Shown here piece after piece: positions 57,848-64,000 of a stretch of 64,000 nt of DNA. The stretch comes from Cyanophora paradoxa CCMP329 (lineage: Eukaryota > Plantae > Glaucophyta), in assembly GCA_004431415.1 (NCBI GenBank), contig QPMI01000502.1, positions 202,771-266,770 on the forward strand, given 5' to 3'. Each line of letters opens with the position of its first letter. The stretch's first letter is position 1. The position numbers and the translations under genes were made by a program. Under the pieces are notes generated by a model that was given only the letters and a program-made list of their open reading frames with translations, was not told the DNA's origin and searched no databases.

Positions 57848-58657
57848 ATGAGCCGAAAGAACGTCGGGAGCCGCCAGGCGACCAATGCGATCCTCGCCGA
57901 GTCGCCAGTGCCGACAGAGACGCAGAGAATAGCGAGAATAATCAGCGCGCGGGGCAGCAACCTGTACGAGGTCGAGCACCTGGCGCCTGGGGCCGCCGCG
58001 GACGCTCCCATGGCGAAAGCGATGTGCCGCATGCCATCAAAGTTCAAAAACCGCGTCTGGATAAAGATCGGTGGGTCTGCGCCAGCGCGCCGGCGATCAT
58101 GTGAAGGAAGCGGCCCTGCGCGCTCGTCCGGGGCGCCGTTCAGCGCTGATTTGTGCTCCGCAGGTGACTACATCATAATAGAACCGGACGAGAGCGGTAC
58201 AAAGTCCGACGGTGTCTCCGTGCTCTATCCGGATCACATCAAGCACCTGCAATCCCTCAATCTCTGGTTCGGAGCGCTTTGGCCCGTCACCGAGCACTCG
58301 TACTTAGCATCTTCCTTCGCAGGCCCGCATCGTTCCCTCCGACTAAGCTGCCTCGCCGCTCCCCGCCGCCGGAGCCGTCACCGAGCGCCATGCGGGCGCT
58401 GACGGACGAGGACGAGGACGAGGACGAGGACGGGGACGAGGAAGAGGGGGGAAGCGATGAGGAGGACGAGGAGAGCGAGGACGACCTGCCACCGAATCCC
58501 AACCACGTTGGCGTGGCCGCGGAGAGCGACGAGGTACGCTTCCAAGATCGCGGGCGGGCGCGATCCCTCCCACGCCATGCGGCGTGGCTAACCGGCTTCC
58601 ACGATGCAGGAAACGCCTTCCAAAACCCATGCGCCAGCAAGAGGGCCGAACCGATAG
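57848..58657 (+). CDS. EIF1AD: EIF1AD-like S1/OB-fold RNA-binding protein
   Basis: PTETQRIARIISARGSNLYEVE..CRMPSKFKNRVWIKIG|DYIIIEP..VLYPDHIKHLQSLNLW|PASF..acidic tract..DDLPPNPNH. Three introns, stop TAG at 58655-58657. Confidence 0.88.
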
Positions 58658-59246
58658 CCACAGAGATAGGGACATCGATATCGTTTGCCTGCAGGTTTGC
58701 TTTCGCTGAATCGAAATGCGCGTTGAAGGTTTGCCAACCGGGCGCAGTCTACTGTTAGGCAACCGGGCGCAGTTCTAGGGCGCAGGGCCCGGGGCGTCGC
58801 AGGGCACGGCCAGCCAGCGCTTGTTGCCGGGCCGGTGGACGTGCGCGCCGCGGCGGGGTCACCAGACTTTAGCTAATCTTAGCTACAGTCGTAACAAAGA
58901 CTGCACAGTTCGACAGCTCGAGCTTGTTGATGTGAGCTACCGCTGGAGGTTCGATTCCTTCGCTTCGTTCGCACGCGCGCGAGTATCCCTCTTTAGTCGC
59001 TAGGCAACAACAAGGCCGGGGCCGTGAAGCCCAGTGCGATCGAACGCAACGGGTGCGGAGTGCCGGGATCGTAGCTCTATAGCGCGTCAGTGGAGCAACC
59101 GCGCGCGGTCCGGGTCGGGAGCCGGGTCGGCTGAGGCTGGGCCGAGGATTTATTGGACCAGCCTCGCTTCGTTTGAGCGATCAAAGCGACCAGCCTTGCA
59201 GGAGATCCGATCGCTGGTCGATTGGTTCATCGGTCGCCGAGGAGGC

Positions 59247-62200
59247 ATGGAGAACCTCATCGGTTCGACCCAATCCTCCCGCAGTGTCCAGTCCACCTCA
59301 GCGCCGACGAGCGCGCCCAACGTGAACGCACCCGCGTGCGCAGATCGCATGCAGGCGGGGTCTGACTCCAGCTCCTCCCTGCACTCGGCCCCCGAGGTGC
59401 GTGGGGGCGGGGGGCCGCGCCGCGGACGGGTGCCGACTGCTGCGCAGATTTCGGTGGACGCGGGGAGCCCCGGCCACTCGGAGTCGACGTCGGGGGAGCA
59501 CTCGCGGCGCGCCTCGGGGGCGAGCAGCGCGGGGTCGGTCGCCGGGCAGCCGCAGCAGCGCGCGGGGGTGCCCTTCCCGCGCAGCCGCACGTACGCGGGC
59601 GCCATGATGGGCGCCGTCGTCGCCCCGCCCAGCCTCAGCTCCACCCTCGCCGCCTCCCCCGCCTCCGCTCCCTCCTACTCCGCCGCCACCGCCGCCGGCG
59701 AGCTGCCGCTCCTGCAGCTCTCCGGCCCGCGCGCCTCCACCCTCCAGCAGGCCAGCTACGCGCCCTCGCCGCCCCCGCCCCGCATCGTTAGCACCTACGG
59801 CTCCCCGCGGGCCCCCGGCCCGGTGCCGCCGCGGGGCAGCGGCGGGGCGGCGGGTCGGCGAGCGGGGCGCGGCTGGCCGGCAGCTCGGGCAGCAGCATGG
59901 CGCGGCTGCTGTCCTCCCTCGGCGGCCGGAGCCGCGTGCGCTCCGTCTCGCCGGCGCAGAAGCCGGCCCCCGCGGCCGACGCCGAGGGGCGGCGCCCGAG
60001 CTACCATGGCCCGGCCTCGCCCTCGGAGGGCGCCGAGCGGCCGGCGACGGTGGCAGACCTCGGGGCGCGGCGCGGCGTCTCCCCGCGAAGCTTCGGGTCT
60101 CCCCCGTGCCGCCGACGGCGGCTGCGGGGCACGGGGGCGCTGGGCCGGGGCGGCGGGGCTGCAGGCGGGGCCCGTGGGGACGCTGCTGGGGTGCCTGCGG
60201 GAGCTCTCCGCTGGGCTCGACCTCGACCACGCCCTCCGCGCCCTCTCCCGCGCCGCCACCCGCCTCCTCCGGCCCCGCCGCCCCGGCCCCGCGCCCCCGC
60301 ACCCCCACGACGCCCCCTCCTCCCCCGGGCCCCTCCCCTCGCCCTCCCCCCGGGGCTCGCTCGGGGGGGCGGGGCAGGGGCGGGCGCTGCGGGTGCGGGT
60401 CTTCATCAGCGGGAAGCTGTGGCAGCTGAGCCAGCACCAGCGGGGCACGGGGGCCCCCGAGGGCCTCGCCCCCGACCTCTCCTGGAGCCCCTTCTCCGAC
60501 CTCGACGACGATGACGAGGAGGAAGTGGAGTTGGATGCGGCGGGGGCGCCGACGCCGGGCTCCCGCCGGGGCAGCGCGAGCGGCGAGGGCGGCGCCCCCG
60601 AGCTCCGCGTCGGCTGGGACGCGGGCGTCGCCCGGTGCCGCCCCGCTCCCCCGCCCCCGCGCACCCGCGCCGCCGGCTCACGGGCGGGCGGGACCAGGCT
60701 CGCGGCGGAGACGGGGCGGGAGGTCGAGCTGCTGGATCCGGCCTCGCACCCGAGGCGCGCCCCCGGCCCCCCCGCCCGCGCCGCCCGGACCGCCCCTTCT
60801 GCGCTGAGCGGCGCGCAGCTTCGACGCGCACTATGACCTGCAGGCCGGCGAGGCGGGCCCCGGGCCGGCCGCCCTCATCTGCGCCCCGCTCTTCCCCGCC
60901 CCGGCGCCCCGCCCCGCCCACGACCACGACCACGAGGCCGGCCCCCGCCGCCAGCCCCTCGCCGTCGTCCAGGCCCGCCCCGCCCGCCCCTGCCCGCCCG
61001 CCGGCCCGCCCGCCTGGGGACGACCGCCGGCGCGCAGGTGCTGGTGCCGCTGCGCCCGGGCGAGGCGCTGGGGGTGGCGCCCTGGGAACCCGAGGAGCGC
61101 GACTGCTTCCGCGTCTTCTGCGAGCACGCCGGTGCCCCCGCCCCGCCCCGCATCGCACCGCCCCGCCCCGCGCTCAGCGGGGCCGGCGGGGCGTAGGGCT
61201 GGCGCTCGCGAACGTGAGCCGGCACCTGAGCGTGCAGAAGGAGCGGCGGCAGAACCAGGAGATCCTCAAGGCGAGCGCCCCGCCCCGCCCCGGCGGCCCG
61301 CCCCGCGCCCCCCGCGGGCGGCTGAGGCCGGAGCAGGTGCTCTACTCGATCGCGACGGAGCTGGAGACGCAGCGGCTGATCTACAGCATCACGGAGAAGA
61401 CGAAGGAGCTGCTGGGGGCCGACCTCTGCACCGTCTTCTCCATCGACGCCGAGCGCCGCGAGCTCTGGTCCGTCGTCTCCATGGACATCAACGAGATCCG
61501 CTTCCCCATGTCCAAGGCCCGCCCCCGCCCCCGGCCCCGCACCCGCCCCGGCTCGAGCCTTGTGGGGCGGGGCAGGGGATCGCGGGGCACGTGGCGACGA
61601 CGGGGGAGGCGCTGAACATCCCGGACGCCTACCTGGACCACCGCTTCAACCCCGAGTTCGACCGCCGCACGGGCCGCCAGACCCGCGCCGTCCTCTGCGT
61701 CCCCATCCGCAACAACGCCCGCGCCATCGTCGGCGTCCTCCAGGTCATCAACAAGCACGGCAACGGCGTCTTCGACAACGACGACGTCCGCCCCCGCCCG
61801 CCCCCGCCCGCGCCCCGGCCCGCCCTCCCCCCCGCGGTTTCCGAGGCGGGGCGGGGGCGGCAGATGGAGCTGCTGCGCACCTTCTCGGTCTTCTGCGGCA
61901 TCGCCCTCCAGAACGCCCGCCTCTACGACCAGGCCCGCCCGCCCGCTCGCCCGTCCCGCCCCGCCCGGGCGCCGCGCGGCGGGGCTGAGGGTGCGGGCGG
62001 GTTGGTGCAGGCGGTGCACGCGCAGCGGCGCTCGCAGGTGCTGCTGGAGGTTGCCAAGGGCTTCTCCACCGAGCTCGCCTCCTCCGCCCTCACCGCCAAG
62101 ATCATGGAGCAGGCCCGCCCCCGCCGGCCCCCGAGCGAGCGAGCGGCGGCGGGGCGCGGCGCTGAGGGGCGGGGGACGGGGCAGGCGCGCAAGCAGCTGG

Positions 62201-64000
62201 ACGCCGCCCAGTGCACCGTTTTCCGCGTCGACCAGGAGAACGTGCCCGCCCGCGACCCGCCGCCGCCGCCGCCCCCCCTGCCCGCCCCGCCTCAAGCGCG
62301 GCCCGCCCGCAGCACGAGCTCATCGCGAGCGCCGACGACGGGACGGTGCGCGCGCGCGCCGACCCGGGCCGGCCCGGGCGGCCGCTGACGCCGTGGCGGC
62401 GGGCGCAGACCTTCCGGGCGCCGATACGGGCCATCCTGGGCAGAGTGCGGCGGCCCCGCCCGCCCCTGCGCGGGGCGGGGCGGGCTGGAGCGGGGCGCAG
62501 CGGGGTGGGCGTCGGGGCGGAAGCGGTCGGAGGGCGGCGAGCCTCCTTCTCGCGCTACGGGGCCTCCACGGGGAGGCGGCGCAGGGCTTCGAGGCGCCCG
62601 TCGGGCCCACCGCCGTGCCCCCGGCCCCCGCCCCGCCCCGCCCCGGCCGCCCCGCCTCACGCCCCCGGGGGGGCAGGTGGGACACGTGCTGGGGAGCGGG
62701 CGGCCGGTGCGGGTGTGCCGGGCGTTCGACGGGGAGGACCCGCGCCTCGTCGACGTCGTCGATCTCCTCTCCCGCTCCGGCCCAGGGCCCGCCCCGCCCC
62801 TGCCCGCCCCGCCCCGCTCCGCCTCTCCCTCGAGCGCGGGGCGGGCAGGTCGCAGCGGCAGCAGGGAGCGGTGGAGGGCGGGGAGGGGGCGCGCGGGGCC
62901 TACTCGACGCTCTGCGTGCCGATGCGCAACGCGCACGGGCAGCTCCTCGGCGTCGTCCAGGCCCGCCCGCCCCGCCCCGCCCCGCCGCCTCCGAGCTGAA
63001 GGGGCGGCTGCGGGGCGCAGATGACGAACAAGCGGCGCTGGCGGCACTCGGCGGGGGAGGGCCCCGAGCAGTTCGTCGCCTTCACCCCCGAGGCGCCCCC
63101 CCGCCCCCGCCCCAAGGCCGCCGCCGCGCGCCGCGGGGGCGTTGAGGGGCGGGGCGCGCGCGCGGCAGGACGAGGAGTTCCTCGAGGGCTTCTCCGCCCA
63201 GGTCCCCCGCCTTGCCCCGCCCCGCCCCCGCCGGGGCTAAGGGCGGGGGCAGGCGGCGGTGGCGATCGAGAACAGCGAGCTGTACCAGAAGGCGCTGCAG
63301 AGCGCCTCCCTCAAGTCCGCCTTCCTCGCAAACATGTCCCACGAGATCCGAAGTCCGCCCCCCGCCCCCGCCGCCCCCGAGACGAAGGGGCGTCGCCCCT
63401 GAGCGGGGGCGGGCGGGCAGCGCCGCTGATCGGCGTGATCGGGATGGCCGGGCTGCTGGCGGAGACGGAGCTGGACCCGCAGCAGCGCGAGTTCTGCGAC
63501 ACCATCAAGGCCCGGCGCCTCCCCCCGCCGCTCCGAGGCGCGCCCCTCGCGGCGGGACGCGCTGAGCGGGGCGGGGCGGGGTGCGCGCGCAGGCCTCTGC
63601 GGACCTGCTGCTCACGCTGGTGCGGCGGGGCGCGGGAGCCGGCCCCGCTCCCGCGCAGCTCGACCTGATGCTAAGGACGGGGCAGGTGAACGACATCCTG
63701 GACTTCTCGAAGATCGAGGCGGGGAAGCTGACGTTCGAGCTGCTCGACTTCGACCTCTACGAGGCGGCCTACATGGCGTGCGACCTCAACTCCGAGAAGG
63801 CCGAGACCAAGCGCCTCGAGTACGTCCTCCGCATCGAGCCCGACGGTGACCCCCGGCCCCCGCACCGCCTTTCCCCCTCGGCTCTGCCCCGCCCCGCCTC
63901 AGCGCTGAGGCGGGGCGGGGCGGGCAGTGCCGGTGAACCTGCGGGGGGACCCGGGGCGCCTCCAGCAGGTCATCAACAACCTGGTCCGCTCGAGCGAGAG
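59247..64000 (+). CDS. Multi-GAF sensor histidine kinase (likely hybrid type), 3' end beyond the window
   Basis: GAF: GIAGHVATTGEALNIPDAYLDHRFNPEFDRRTGRQTRAVLCVPIRN..VGVLQVINKHGNGVFDNDD, plus two further GAF-like regions. HisKA: KSAFLANMSHEIR|TPLIGVIGM..LVNDILDFSKIEAGKL. HATPase start: GDPGRLQQVINNL. Confidence 0.92.

Overview
Eukaryotic nuclear DNA from a very GC-rich, intron-dense protist or alga. A glaucophyte (Cyanophora-like) origin is a tentative inference from one N-terminal MSAF plastid-targeting-like peptide. Most long ORFs in the supplied track are artefacts of ~80% GC; the real genes are split by many ~55-90 nt introns, a large share with GC donors. Eight host genes can be reconstructed: a MORN-repeat/pseudokinase protein, a plastid-targeted CNHC thioredoxin-like protein, a TmcB-like membrane protein with five PAS domains (3'-truncated), a SOX/TCF/MATA-type HMG-box factor, a second MORN protein, a fidgetin/spastin-type AAA ATPase, EIF1AD, and a multi-GAF histidine kinase that runs off the window end. 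The lower-GC islands are mobile DNA. (i) An 8.6-kb non-coding foldback element with TG..CA termini, a 4-bp AGGT TSD and ~3.3-kb internal inverted arms. (ii) Two diverged copies of a compact tyrosine-recombinase retroelement (RT-RNaseH-methyltransferase-like ORF plus YR). It has no visible gag, has short palindromic terminal inverted repeats, and has same-phase splice acceptors in front of both ORFs; this is the most novel-looking system here. (iii) A spliced, apparently intact IS3EU-like DDE transposase with a convergent unknown gene. (iv) MITEs and tandem repeats. No tRNA, rRNA or CRISPR array was recognised. All exon models and identities were assessed by eye.
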